Assembly: GCA_965649825.1 (NCBI GenBank)
Contig: OZ287706.1
Location: forward strand, 876,001 to 940,000
DNA length: 64,000 nucleotides
Direction: 5' to 3'
From: Penicillus capitatus
Lineage: Eukaryota > Plantae > Chlorophyta
Both the position numbers and the translations under genes were made by a program. Positions 52,950-63,662 of this stretch are shown here, in pieces. Every line of letters starts with the position of its first letter. Position 1 is the stretch's first letter. The notes under the pieces were generated by a model that searched no databases, was not told where the DNA came from, and saw only the letters and a program-made list of their open reading frames with translations.

Positions 52950-54407
52950 CATGAAGGACGGCGAAACGATGGAAGCTCTTTTAGGAAAAAAGGGAGACGA
53001 AACCTCAGGTGAGAGTGACTCCTCATGTACACAGGAAGACCACGACCACAACCAAAACGCAGTTCAGACCATGCATCTCCCTATGCCGGCTGATTTGTCC
53101 AAACCTCGATGCATCCTATTCTTCATTAAATGCCAGTCCTCAGCCGACACACTGGCAAACGTCTGTCTCCTTTAACAAGGATCTTCTCGATCTGTTGTTC
53201 TTAGATTCCACCGGTAGAAGTGCATCTGGAACTGAATGGAGAAGAAAGCCAAAAGACCGAACGTCTCTGGGATTCTTCGGCTAAACCCCTAAAAAGAAAT
53301 GATGCTTGGGTCATGTTAATGATGAATGCAACAGATGGTTGGTATTATCGCCCACTGACTAAATCTGGCAATGAAAACCTCACAGAGCCGAATTCAACTG
53401 TAAAGATTTCCTGCTAGAGTGCTCTTCTAACATCGCCTTCCCTGTAGGACAGCGTTGAGGAACCCCCATCGCTTGGATCAACGTCCTCTAGGGCTAATCA
53501 TGCACGTGCTCGGGTGGTAGAGGGAAGGGAACTTCTCCCGAAAGACAACAAAATCGGAAGGAGGGGCACGTCGGATCCGTACTACCAAATGCGTTTTCGG
53601 GGACTAAGCTATTCGTCATCTGTCAAAACAAGAACGTTGACGCCGAAGTGGGAGAAGGAGACTTTCTTTGACCTGGGACCTTTAGATGCAAATGGAATGG
53701 ACAAGCTAACCATAAAAGTGATCGACAGGGATCATTTGACACCTGATGATCCCATGGGCAGCCTCTCAGTTTCAGAACGCACGCTTTGGGTTGCTGCAGA
53801 GGAAAATTACCAACCGTGGTTCTATGTGGATGCCCCAGACTCAGAAGACGGCGAGCGACATGCCGGGCAGATTCAGTTGGAAGTGGGATGGCTCATCGAG
53901 TCACTGACTTTACCAAACTCCTCTACGTCTGATGGCTGATTCTATGGAGGTTAACCCACGGATAGCCAAGAGACAATGCCACAAGGTTTTTTTGATCAAA
54001 TCCCTTTATCTTTGTATGCACCCTTTATAATCATCACAATGACTTGTGTGTGTGACCTCCTTTTTTGCCGGACTTGTTTGCCAATTGTCAGACTGTGGCT
54101 TTCCAATCCGGAGTTGTGAATTTGTGTGTTACCCTTGGATCTGAGAGTCACTTGCATTGCCAATGTCCAAACAATGGCAAACGGCCTTGATGATTCAAAG
54201 CAGCTTAGCATCTGTACTGTTCAGAGCGCGTTACTTTTAAAGGCCAGGACATCCCAGGCAATGATTGATCTTGTTAGTACGAAGGCTGAGATGCCAGCCG
54301 AACGTTTGGCATTGTTGCATCGCCATGACCTCCCACAAACCTCTACTGATGACGACATCGAGACAGTAGATCATTCCAGTGCACACGAAGTCTCCTGTTT
54401 TGACTAG
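52950..54407 (+). CDS. C2-domain protein (gene limits uncertain)
   Basis: VEGRELLPKD...SDPYY...KTRTLTPKWEKETF...IKVIDRDHLTPDDPMG. Confidence 0.75.
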
Positions 54408-54809
54408 GTATATGCCGGTGAGATGCGAATCCGATCGTTCGTGAGTGATGCAGATATACACAATGTCTATTGCTAGAACTCTTGATGCGGGTTTGTCCGT
54501 TCATTCATACGTTTTGAACAGGGATGGTCGAGATCTAATCGCAAAAAGTACACGTGTGTCCTTTTCTTGCCGGCACCGAGCCTAACCGGAAAACTGTGCT
54601 TGTCGCATCAGCATGGCAGAAGGCACTTGCTGCAATCCAGACGGTCACCGCAGAATCATCGTGCGTGATGATCGCACATTCTCACCTTCAAGCCTTCGAT
54701 TGTGATTCTGTCATAAAACCAAAATCGAATGGGAATGCATTTAAGAGGATGATAAGTGGAGATTAGGTAAGAGCGACGAATCCAACAGTACGACAGCGTT
54801 CCCTTTGCC

Positions 54810-55274
54810 ATGTCCAACCGAGCAGCGCTTTACATCCGTCCAGCTGTTGTCGCGGATGCACACGTCGTCGCCAAGCACGTGCGGGCAATTGCGTTCGAAT
54901 CGGAGTCTGTGACGCTCGACGTCGTGGAGACCGAAGCGGCTGCGAGGAGGGTTCTGGTGAATCCCGCCTTCGGCACCTACTTTCTCGCCACGCACGGAGA
55001 TGAATGCGTCGGACAGCTTCTGGTGAAGCCGGAATGGATTCCATGGAGGAATGCGTTTGAGTGGAAAGTTTCGAGTGTATATGTTCATCCCAATCACCGA
55101 AGAAAAGGATATCTTTGCGCACTCTATCACCATGTGCGTCGTGCAGCGAAGGAGAAAGGCATCTCAGCATTGAAGCTCGTTGTCAACGAGAGCAATGCAA
55201 CAGCGAGAACCACCTTCTCGCAGCTCGGCCCACACAAGAGTGGACGAATATTTGAGATGGGCATTGAAGGATAA
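54810..55274 (+). CDS. GNAT-family N-acetyltransferase, intronless
   Basis: IRPAVVAD; VGQLLVKPEWIPWRN; SVYVHPNHRRKG motif A; LVVNESNATA. Confidence 0.85.
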   Translation: MSNRAALYIRPAVVADAHVVAKHVRAIAFESESVTLDVVETEAAARRVLVNPAFGTYFLATHGDECVGQLLVKPEWIPWRNAFEWKVSSVYVHPNHRRKGYLCALYHHVRRAAKEKGISALKLVVNESNATARTTFSQLGPHKSGRIFEMGIEG

Positions 55275-55712
55275 GAAACGATGTCTAGTATCGTTCAGCT
55301 TTTGACGAAGACACTAAGAAGAGTGGGTTGCTTTCTGGCGACGATCTGTGCCGTCAGACAACAGACAGACGTGTTGTTGAGATAGCAGTGGATTTGGAAT
55401 GAAAATGCTGTCGATTAGAGAAGAATGCGATCGATGGAGAAAGAAATTCGAGATTACGTGGGCCTCCAAGCAGAGAGGCATGCGGGTAAATGGCTCATGT
55501 ACAAGTTGGGCAAAACAGATCGACTATCAAGGGAAACGGTATTATTCGCTACGATCTGACTCATGTTCTATGAACTTTAATCCGAACACCTTGGGTAAAA
55601 TATGGCAAGGGGTATGTGCGCGTCTACTAAGAAAAAAGACGACTTATAAAAACACCAAGGATGATGGTGAGCATAAGCAGGACGGTGAAAAAGGATGAAA
55701 ATGCGTTTCCAC

Positions 55713-56430
55713 TGTCGCGTCGGGTGTTTGATGGAACTGATTTGAATCGTAGGAGACCGTAAACCTTGAAACGCAAAGTCTTACACAACGAAAGACAAGA
55801 ACTGTACATCTACAATTGTCAGCGGAAGGCTTCACGTATTACAGAGCAAAGGTATACAATGGTCTACGTTCACATATTTGTATGCTATAGGTGACATGAC
55901 AGATGAGTCACTGGCCTATCAGGATCACGGGAAAGGATCCATAGGTTAACGTAAACCTCATGTAAGCGCCTCTTCGGAGACAGAACCCTTAGATAGCGAC
56001 GCAGTCACGATAGGACAGCCTCGGTCTTTCTGACAACAATGCTTACATAGGGAGTAGATGAGCTCATTATTAGGAGCTTACGGCTTAACACAACATGGGC
56101 CCACCTATCCTTTGTTTAATCTATGAAGGAAGTCACAATGGACATTGCGTACCGTCGAACCATTGGGCAGACGGATGTCCCAACGGTGGTCACTATGTTT
56201 CTTGACTACCATATACGGATAAACCCATTTGGAGTATAGTCTAGAGTCGAGACGGTCGGCCAGTTTCGAGTTGTACCACGAGACCTCTGTTCCCAGATTA
56301 ATGGGGCGGATCCTGACTTTCTTGTGGTGTTTCGCTTTTTTTTACTGATGTGCCTTAACTATTCTTTAGTATGCTGGCTTTCGGTCGGTATCTGGTTGTG
56401 TACTAATTATCGCGTCGTTCACCGTTTGCG
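55713..56430 (-). mobile_element. Relic of an A-family element: integrase tail, PPT and 3' LTR (55713-56095)
   Basis: Reverse complement aligns to 11330-11555 joined to 13479-13571, with a single GTGAC. Confidence 0.88.
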
Positions 56431-57205
56431 CGACAGATCCAAAAAACCATTAAACATCTAATTTTGCCGCCGACAAAAGGAGGTCTTCGAGAACTTCAAG
56501 CGGAATTTTACATAATCTGAGCATCTCAAGTGACATTGTCACAATCTTCACACCGAGGCTAATTTATATTCTGGACCTAACGAGTTATCAAACTTAGCTG
56601 CAAGATATAAGGTAACATAACCACTTGTAGCAACGATCGGGAGGAGTTGACCCCTATCTTGACAACCCTAGCGTTCTAGCCATCGGTCTCGACGGGTGAT
56701 GGCTCTGGTTATAACTTCCTACTAACAATATGATAGTAGTTACTGAACGTAAGCTAAAGCTCGCAACTATTGAAAACAAAGGTTAGCGAACACTGAACCA
56801 TCAAGGGTATTTACAGCAAACATTCTCCCCGTGAATATCTCTAGTTCTTTGGTGTTCAAATCCTGAGTGTTTTCGCCAGCGTTGTCGTTCGCATATCGAC
56901 TCCAAGTGTCTAAGTGTTTTACACGATTCCCGACGTAAGCCTTTAACTCAATGGACTCTGTACCATCCTTCACTTCATTGTATTCCTTCTCATCCAAAAA
57001 CCCGAAGAAAGAAAACTCATCTAGGACAATGAATGTGCGAGAAAAAGAGCATCGTTCTTGTCACCAGAAACAGCTTCCTTGCAGCTGCTTCCCCTTAGCT
57101 TCCATCCGCGCCACCGGGAAGGAGGTTTTTATTTAAAACCGACTATCTGTGCATAATTCACCGTTTAATGCACGTAGCCACTCGTTCACTATTTCTTGCT
57201 CTCGT

Positions 57206-57471
57206 TGTCGCCAAAATTTCTCTGGCGATGGGACTGCCTTGTTTGTAAGGGGTGCCAGTGCTTCTTGAGACGCTGTTTGTCACGTCAAATGGGTTCACTG
57301 AACTCTGAGGGTTCATTTTCTATGGTTTTGGTGAATGGCTGAGTCATCTGCCTTGGAAGTCACGTCATCACGCAGTATTTAATGAACAATCTGGATCTCG
57401 TTTGACCTTGCTCTGTAAACATCTAGAAGTCTTCCGCTGTTGTATCTTCTTCATTCGGCCGACCGGCGACA
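57206..57471 (+). mobile_element. Solo LTR of the G/B family
   Basis: TGTCGCC...GGCGACA, 266 bp; TSD CTCGT at 57201-57205 and 57472-57476; shares CTGCCTTGTTT, CCTTGCTC and CTTCCGCTGTT blocks with G and B. Confidence 0.9.
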
Positions 57472-57595
57472 CTCGTGGGTATTTTGGCATTCAAGCTTAC
57501 GATTCAACGTTATCTTGGAACTCTTCTGCAGAGTGTACTTTCGGCTGCCTTTCCTTGCATTTTTCTGGCAGTTTGTTTCCATCAAGGCTGCACGG

Positions 57596-57700
57596 TGTTG
57601 TGTTAAGCCGTAACGCTCCTAATAATGAGCTCATCTACTTACACATGTCAATCTCCACGCAATAGGTCGCAGGTTCTCTATGCCTTCCCTCCGCCTGACA
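57596..57700 (+). repeat. 5' fragment of an A-family LTR cut by bacterial sequence
   Basis: TGTTGTGTTAAGCCGTAA...GAGCTCATCTAC...CCTTCCC aligns to 13572 onward and to 56095 leftward. Confidence 0.85.
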
Positions 57701-57710
57701 ATCCAAACAT

Positions 57711-58373
57711 ACTCAAAAACGCCCGATCCCGCAAGGATTGGTGCCCCGTTCAGAAGCGGCAGCGTTTGGCTGGTTTCTGTCGGCGCTGGCGGTCGCGCTG
57801 CTGGCGCTTGCGTCCAACTACCTTGCCGCCGGCCTCCTCGCATTCACTATCTTTTTCTATGTCGTCATTTATTCGATGTGGCTGAAACGCGCGACGCCGC
57901 AGAATATTGTCATCGGCGGCGCTGCTGGGGCGCTTCCACCTGTAGTCGGTTGGGCCGCCGTTTCGGGCGCCGCGCCGCTCGACGCGTGGGTGCTTTTTGC
58001 GATCATCTTCTTCTGGACGCCGCCGCATTTCTGGGCGCTCGCGCTTTTCAAGCACGGCGACTATGAGCGCGCCGGCGTGCCGATGATGCCGGTGGTCAAA
58101 GGCCGTCAGGAAACCCGGCGGCAGATTTTCATCTATACGATCCTGGTCGCGGCGATTGGTCTGGCGCCCTTCGCTATAGGGACGGCCGGTTTCCTTTATC
58201 TTGCCACAGCGATTGTTCTTGGCGCCTATTTCATTTTCGTGGCATGGAGGGTGTTGCGCGCCGATGATGATGACCGCCGCGTCCCCATGCATTTGTTCGG
58301 CTTTTCCATATTCTATCTTCTCGCCCTATTTGCGGCGATACCCATTGAGCGTTGGGCAGGTCTTCATGGCTGA
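57711..58373 (+). CDS. ctaB: Protoheme IX farnesyltransferase (heme O synthase), N-terminally truncated
   Basis: TQKRPIP; [21 protein letters not shown]; [12 protein letters not shown]; [12 protein letters not shown]. Confidence 0.95.
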   Translation, partial: TQKRPIPQGLVPRSEAAAFGWFLSALAVALLALASNYLAAGLLAFTIFFYVVIYSMWLKRATPQNIVIGGAAGALPPVVGWAAVSGAAPLDAWVLFAIIFFWTPPHFWALALFKHGDYERAGVPMMPVVKGRQETRRQIFIYTILVAAIGLAPFAIGTAGFLYLATAIVLGAYFIFVAWRVLRADDDDRRVPMHLFGFSIFYLLALFAAIPIERWAGLHG

Positions 58374-58530
58374 GCAGCATCCTGTAAAAAACCCAGAAAA
58401 ATCCGATGAGATCAAACAACGCGATCGGCGTAATGTTGCAATCGCGCTAGCGCCCGCCGCCTTTATCATTCTCGTTTTCGCTGTAACTATTATCCGTCTT
58501 GGCGGCTCCGTCGTCGAGCGATCTTTTTAA
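58366..58530 (+). CDS. Small membrane protein of alphaproteobacterial cox operons (CoxF-like)
   Basis: Start overlaps ctaB stop; [10 protein letters not shown] plus one TM helix. Confidence 0.6.
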   Translation: MAEQHPVKNPEKSDEIKQRDRRNVAIALAPAAFIILVFAVTIIRLGGSVVERSF

Positions 58531-58540
58531 GAGCATCGCC

Positions 58541-59096
58541 ATGAGCGAACGCGCGAACAAGAAAACCGCAACCATCATTGCCAGCGTTGTTGTCGGGATG
58601 ATTGCGCTCTCCTTTGCATCTGTTCCCGCTTACCGCGCCTTTTGTCAGGTCACCGGTTGGGGCGGCTTTACCCAGCGGGCGGAAACCGGCGCCGACCGGA
58701 CCCTCGCGCGCGAAATCACCATCCGCTTTGACAGCACCGTTTCTCGGGATCTGAACTGGCGGTTCAAACCGGAACAGATTTCCCAGACCCTTCATATCGG
58801 TGAAACCGGGCTTGCCTTCTACGAGGCGGAGAACCAGGCGGCTCGTCCGGTGACCGGGCGCGCCACGTTCAACGTTTCCCCGCCAAAGCCGGGATCTATT
58901 TCCAAAAGATCGAGTGTTCTGTTTCACCGAGCAGACGCTCCAGCCTGGCGAGAAAGTATCCATGCCGGTGACCTATTTCATCGACCCGGCATTGGCCGAT
59001 GATCCTAATATGGCTGAGGTCGAAACGATCACGCTGTCCTATACATTTTTCGCCTGGGACGATGCGCCAAGCGGTGACGAGGCAGGCGGGGCCTAG
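58541..59096 (+). CDS. ctaG: Cytochrome c oxidase assembly protein CtaG/Cox11 with two 1-bp deletions
   Basis: AFCQVTGWGG; corrected frame gives KIECFCFTEQ; ITLSYTFF; indels near 58880 and 58916. Confidence 0.9.
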
Positions 59097-59218
59097 GTCA
59101 GGTCCTCCTCCTGCGGCTGTTTGGCGCGGCGTCTGATGAGCCCTGTGCTTGGATTTTTGCCCCCGGGCGCAGTATAGCAGTCAGCAAATTTTGAGAATTC
59201 ATCAAAGAGGGGACGCCC

Positions 59219-60184
59219 ATGGCCGGCGCCGACGTCAAACACGATTATCATTTGGTCAACCCGTCGCCCTGGCCGCTGGTCGGGTCAGCCGCCGCAACGG
59301 TGCTGATGATTGGCGCTGTGATGTGGATGAAGTCGGGCGCCAACGAATCAGGCCTTGTGCTTGGCCCTGCGAGTTCGCCCTTTATTGCCATCAAAGGCAG
59401 CTGGCTTTTCTTCCTCGGGCTGGCCGGCATTCTCATCACCTTCTTTGGCTGGTGGCGCGACGTCATCAAGGAAAGCCTCGCTGGCGAGAATACATCGACC
59501 GTCGTACGCTTGGGGCTGCGCTACGGTATGGTCCTGTTCATCGCTTCTGAAGTGATGTTTTTCGCCGCGTGGTTCTGGGCGTTTTTTGGCGCAGCGCTCT
59601 TTCCTGGCGCTGGCGAGCCAATTCTACTTCCTGATGGATCGCAAGTACTCAACACGGCTGGCGAACCGGCGTTCTCCGGCAATGATGGGCGCGTCCATGC
59701 CACCGGCGCCGTATGGCCCCCAGTGGGTGTTGAGCCTCTCAATCCTTGGGGTCTTCCGCTGATCAATACGCTGGTGCTTCTCCTTTCCGGCACAACGGTC
59801 ACCTGGGCGCACCATGCCATCGTCCACAATGATCAAAAGGGATTCATTCAGGGGCTTATCCTGACGATTGTGCTTGGCGCGTTCTTCACCTTGCTTCAGG
59901 GCGTTGAATATTATGAAGCGATTGCTTTCGACATGTTCACATTCTCTGGTGGCGGCATCTACGGCGCATCGTTCTTCATGGCGACCGGCTTTCACGGCCT
60001 GCATGTTGTTATCGGGACCATATTCCTAGCCGTTTGTTTGTTCCGCGGTCTTGCTGGACACTTCACGGCCGAGCGGCATTTCGGCTTTGAGGCAGCGGCC
60101 TGGTACTGGCACTTTGTCGACGTGGTCTGGCTGTTCCTCTTCGCCTTTGTCTACGTGCTGGGGAATCAAGGGCTTCTGTCCTAA
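59219..60184 (+). CDS. ctaE: Cytochrome c oxidase subunit III
   Basis: HDYHLVNPSPWP; LFIASEVMFF; ATGFHGLHV; AAWYWHFVDVVWLFLF. Confidence 0.97.
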   Translation: MAGADVKHDYHLVNPSPWPLVGSAAATVLMIGAVMWMKSGANESGLVLGPASSPFIAIKGSWLFFLGLAGILITFFGWWRDVIKESLAGENTSTVVRLGLRYGMVLFIASEVMFFAAWFWAFFGAALFPGAGEPILLPDGSQVLNTAGEPAFSGNDGRVHATGAVWPPVGVEPLNPWGLPLINTLVLLLSGTTVTWAHHAIVHNDQKGFIQGLILTIVLGAFFTLLQGVEYYEAIAFDMFTFSGGGIYGASFFMATGFHGLHVVIGTIFLAVCLFRGLAGHFTAERHFGFEAAAWYWHFVDVVWLFLFAFVYVLGNQGLLS

Positions 60185-60209
60185 CGGCGGAAACGCAAGG
60201 AGGGCCGCC

Positions 60210-60773
60210 ATGCGCTCTCTGATGATCAAGGCTGGCTTTTTTAGCGTCGCACTGGCGCTTGCTGGCTGTCTGGTTTCTGAAGAGCCGATACTTGATGCAA
60301 AAACCGGCAAGGCGAAGCCGCTTGGCGTGGGGCCGCACCTTATCTGTCCGCTCGGTGAGGACGCGGATGACAGCGATTGTGAACGTTTCACCATCGCTGT
60401 CGATGAAACTGGGCTGTATCAGTTCACCGATGCCGAAGACGAAGATGATGACGCAAAGATGCGGTTCCGCCCGATAGCGCGCGATGGCTATGCTGTGCAG
60501 TCTTATGAAGAAGACGGCGCCATGTATTATTATGGACGCGGCGACCGAAACGAGTTCCGGCTGACTATGATGAACTGCCCGTCTCTGTCAGCGAAAACCC
60601 GCGATCAACTGCTTGACCGCGGCGACCTTGCTGCGGATGAGGGCGACTATTCCATTTGCCAGGTCAAATCACTAAAGGGGCTGACCGTTGCCGCGCGCGA
60701 GTATCATCGCCGGCGCACGAATGACGGTGACGAAGAAATTGTTCTGGAAATAACACCAGCGAGCGAGCGATGA
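60210..60773 (+). CDS. Hypothetical lipoprotein
   Basis: SD AAGGAGG; lipobox LAGC. Confidence 0.7.
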   Translation: MRSLMIKAGFFSVALALAGCLVSEEPILDAKTGKAKPLGVGPHLICPLGEDADDSDCERFTIAVDETGLYQFTDAEDEDDDAKMRFRPIARDGYAVQSYEEDGAMYYYGRGDRNEFRLTMMNCPSLSAKTRDQLLDRGDLAADEGDYSICQVKSLKGLTVAAREYHRRRTNDGDEEIVLEITPASER

Positions 60774-61138
60774 CGTATTACCCCCCGGTATCTCCTTACG
60801 CTGCTGGCCTGAGCGGTAAATGTCCGCGTTGCGGGCAGGGGCCGTTGTTTCAAGGCTTTCTTGGCTTGCGCGCCTCTTGCGAGGTTTGCGGGCTGGACTA
60901 TGCAAAAGCCGACGCTGGCGACGGGCCGGCCGTATTTGTGATTTTTATCGTCGGCTTTGTCGCGGTTGCGGCGGCTTTTATCGTGCGTTTCACATTCTAT
61001 GCGCCGCTCTGGGCCGCCTTTGCCGTGAGCGCCGGGCTGACTGTTGCGCTAACACTGCTGTTGCTACGGCCATTCAAGGCAACGTTGATAGCGCTGCAAT
61101 ATGCTCACAAGGCTGCGGAAGGCCGGCTCGAAGAGTGA
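60770..61138 (+). CDS. DUF983-family membrane protein
   Basis: GKCPRCGQGPLF...CEVCGLDY...DGPAVFVI; usual neighbour of SURF1. Confidence 0.85.
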   Translation: MTYYPPVSPYAAGLSGKCPRCGQGPLFQGFLGLRASCEVCGLDYAKADAGDGPAVFVIFIVGFVAVAAAFIVRFTFYAPLWAAFAVSAGLTVALTLLLLRPFKATLIALQYAHKAAEGRLEE

Positions 61139-61869
61139 TTGCGGGCTTGCAGTTTCATTTCCGTCCCGTGCTGACGATTTGCGCCGGCATCGCGCTGGCA
61201 ATCCTTATCGCGCTTGGAAACTGGCAATTGCAGCGTCTCGAGTGGAAGCGAGACCTTATCTCGAGCGTTGAGACGCGTATTGGCGCTGCGCCGATCGCTT
61301 TTGCCGAGGCTCTCACCCGCGCTGAAGCCGGCGAAGCTATGGAATATACGCCGGTCTATCTGGATGGTGAATATTTGTCACTCAGCGAAGAGCGGGTATT
61401 CGGCACTTACGACGCCGCACCGGGGGGTTACTTATTCTATCCGTTTACAGATGGAATGGGCTTTGTAATTTACGTAAACAGGGGGTTTGTCCCGCAATTT
61501 AACGGCGCCGATGATGTTCGCTATATGCCCCCCAGTGGCCCACAGCGCGTTTCGGGATTATTGCGCGCGACGGAGCGACCATCGCCGCCGGCATCCTGGT
61601 TTCTTCCGGGTACAGACGGTAGAACCGACACTCATTGGTTTGTCCGCGATCCCGGCGCCATGGCAAAAGCCGCCGGGCTAGAGCGTGCGGGATATGTCGT
61701 ATCTCCAGATTTTTACATTGATGAATTTGAGAATGGCGACGGCTGGCCCAAGGGCGGAACAACACGCCTCAATTTCCGCAACAATCATTTTGATTATGCG
61801 CTCACATGGTTCGGCCTTGCCGGCGCGCTGATCGCCATTTGGCTCGCCATGTCCGTTTCGCGTAAATAG
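61135..61869 (+). CDS. surf1: SURF1-family cytochrome oxidase assembly protein
   Basis: LGNWQLQRLEWK; YVNRGFVP; NNHFDYALTWFGLA; GTG start overlapping the previous stop. Confidence 0.93.
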   Translation: MIAGLQFHFRPVLTICAGIALAILIALGNWQLQRLEWKRDLISSVETRIGAAPIAFAEALTRAEAGEAMEYTPVYLDGEYLSLSEERVFGTYDAAPGGYLFYPFTDGMGFVIYVNRGFVPQFNGADDVRYMPPSGPQRVSGLLRATERPSPPASWFLPGTDGRTDTHWFVRDPGAMAKAAGLERAGYVVSPDFYIDEFENGDGWPKGGTTRLNFRNNHFDYALTWFGLAGALIAIWLAMSVSRK

Positions 61870-61921
61870 GCAAAATATCCTGAGAGCCTGGCTCGAAATT
61901 CAAAAAAAAACCTATTCCGAT

Positions 61922-62001
61922 GTCATCACCGGACTTGTTCCGGTGATCCAGAACTACTGAGAAAATGTCCGCTGGATTGCCGGAACAAGTCCGGCAATGA
62001 C
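61922..62001. repeat. Alphaproteobacterial REP-like palindromic element
   Basis: GTCATCACCGGACTTGTTCCGGTGATCCA ... TGGATTGCCGGAACAAGTCCGGCAATGAC, 29-bp inverted arms with 4 mismatches. Confidence 0.8.
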
Positions 62002-62141
62002 GCTTTTGTGTGCTTGTTTCTCCCTTTCGAGTCAGACTCTGACGACGAGGAACGGCGATACAGATTTACTGCTGCTTGCTATAGAACTCTGCTTGGCTTT
62101 TCATACGAGTAATAACCAGGTTTTGGGAGCCGGAGGGGAAT

Positions 62142-62561
62142 ATGTCGTTACAGCCATTGCTTGACGCGCCATGGGTGATCCAGATTCACGCCTTTGGCGC
62201 TATGGCCGGTTTTTTGTTGGGTATTGTTCAGTTTATAGCACCAAAGGGCACGCTACCGCACAAAACGATCGGATTCGTGTGGATCTTAATTCTCTCAGTG
62301 GTCGGTGTTTCCAGCATTTTTATTCGGCCCTCCATATATCCCGGACTGCCGATCACTCAATGGTTCTCGTTTATCCACATATTCACGATACTAACGTTTT
62401 GGGGCGTCATAGAAGGATCCTATCGTTTGATCCGCGGCGGCCCGAATCTGAAAAAGCATTCAGGCCCATTTCTGGGCCTGTTTATTGGCGGACTAGTCAT
62501 CGCCGGCGCGTTCGCCTTTTTGCCCGGCCGCATCATGAACGAAGTCGTATTCGGCGGTTGA
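62142..62561 (+). CDS. DUF2306-like membrane protein
   Basis: IQIHAF...APKGTLPHKTIG...FSFIHIF...FAFLPGRIM; SD GGAGGGG. Confidence 0.75.
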   Translation: MSLQPLLDAPWVIQIHAFGAMAGFLLGIVQFIAPKGTLPHKTIGFVWILILSVVGVSSIFIRPSIYPGLPITQWFSFIHIFTILTFWGVIEGSYRLIRGGPNLKKHSGPFLGLFIGGLVIAGAFAFLPGRIMNEVVFGG

Positions 62562-62588
62562 GCCATCTATTCGCCGCGCAATTTGTAC

Positions 62589-63656
62589 TCAGCGCTCGGT
62601 CAGTTTGAATTCAATGCGTCGGTTTTGCGCCAGCGCCGCCGCGGAATAGCCAGAGACCAACGGGAAATCGGCGCCAAGGCCGCTGGCGACCAAACGGCTC
62701 GACGGCACGCCCCGGCTTTCGAGATACCGGGTCACCGAAAGCGCGCGGGCCGACGATAGACCTTTGTTGTCGATAAATCGCGCGGCGCAACCGGGCCCGA
62801 GCGGTGTTGAATCCGCATGGCCGTCAACCCGGATAATCCAATTTTGTATAGCCTGAGTTTGTTCGTCATTTTCGCGACCTGCTACCTGCGCCTGAATGCG
62901 CCGATCGATTTCCAGAATCGCTGTCGCGACTCCGTTAAGGCTCTGGCTCGCGGCGGGCGACAGCGACGCCTGACAGGAGCCGAACAACGCATCCCCGCTG
63001 ACGATCAGGCGGTCGCCCTGAACCGTAACGCCTGGGAGGTCAGTGAGCGCTGCCCGCGCTTCCTCGAAAAAGCGCGACCGCACCTCTTGTAGCTCCTGCA
63101 CTTTGCGGGCGAGCGCTGCATTGAGGCGCTGCGACAGGTTTTCGATCTGCGCTTGTTGTTCGCGATCCTTTGCTTCGGCCGCGTCGAGGGCTTCCTGAAG
63201 GGATGCGAGTTGGCGGCGCAGGGCTGCGATCTGTGCGTTAAGGGTGGCAATCTCGCTTTTCTGCTCGTCCGAGAGTGCTTTTTCCGCTTCGAGTTCCTCG
63301 GCGGAAGCGGCGACGGCGGCCTGGCTGGTCGCGAGTGCTGCGGTCAGCGCCGCAAGCTCATCATCTTTTTCGTTGATGGTCGTTTCAAGCGACAGGATCT
63401 GAGCGCTAAGTGTTTCGTTCTCCTGTTGCGCAAGGCCGAGCTGATCATTCAGGGAATTGATCTGGGCTATGAGGCGCGCCAGTTCGGAATCTTTGTCAGC
63501 GAGCTCTTGCTTGACCGTGTTAAGCCGGTCGCCGAGATAAAACTGCGCGACGACAAAAATCAATAGCACGAACATTAAGACCAGTAGCAACGTCGACAAC
63601 CCGTCGACGAAGCCCGGCCAGATGTTGGCCTCGGACCTGGTGCGCCGCCGCGCCAT
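62589..63656 (-). CDS. Peptidoglycan-binding OmpA/MotB-family protein with coiled coil
   Basis: WPGFVDGLSTLLL; RSRFF; RVDGHAD; LSSARALSV; NRRIEFKLTER. Confidence 0.9.
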   Translation of the reverse strand: MARRRTRSEANIWPGFVDGLSTLLLVLMFVLLIFVVAQFYLGDRLNTVKQELADKDSELARLIAQINSLNDQLGLAQQENETLSAQILSLETTINEKDDELAALTAALATSQAAVAASAEELEAEKALSDEQKSEIATLNAQIAALRRQLASLQEALDAAEAKDREQQAQIENLSQRLNAALARKVQELQEVRSRFFEEARAALTDLPGVTVQGDRLIVSGDALFGSCQASLSPAASQSLNGVATAILEIDRRIQAQVAGRENDEQTQAIQNWIIRVDGHADSTPLGPGCAARFIDNKGLSSARALSVTRYLESRGVPSSRLVASGLGADFPLVSGYSAAALAQNRRIEFKLTER

Positions 63657-63662
63657 CGCTCG

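Noticed and set aside
58870-58925. Programmed frameshift in ctaG
   Set aside because: Two nearby single-base deletions in short runs plus another indel near 63800 fit low-coverage sequencing error
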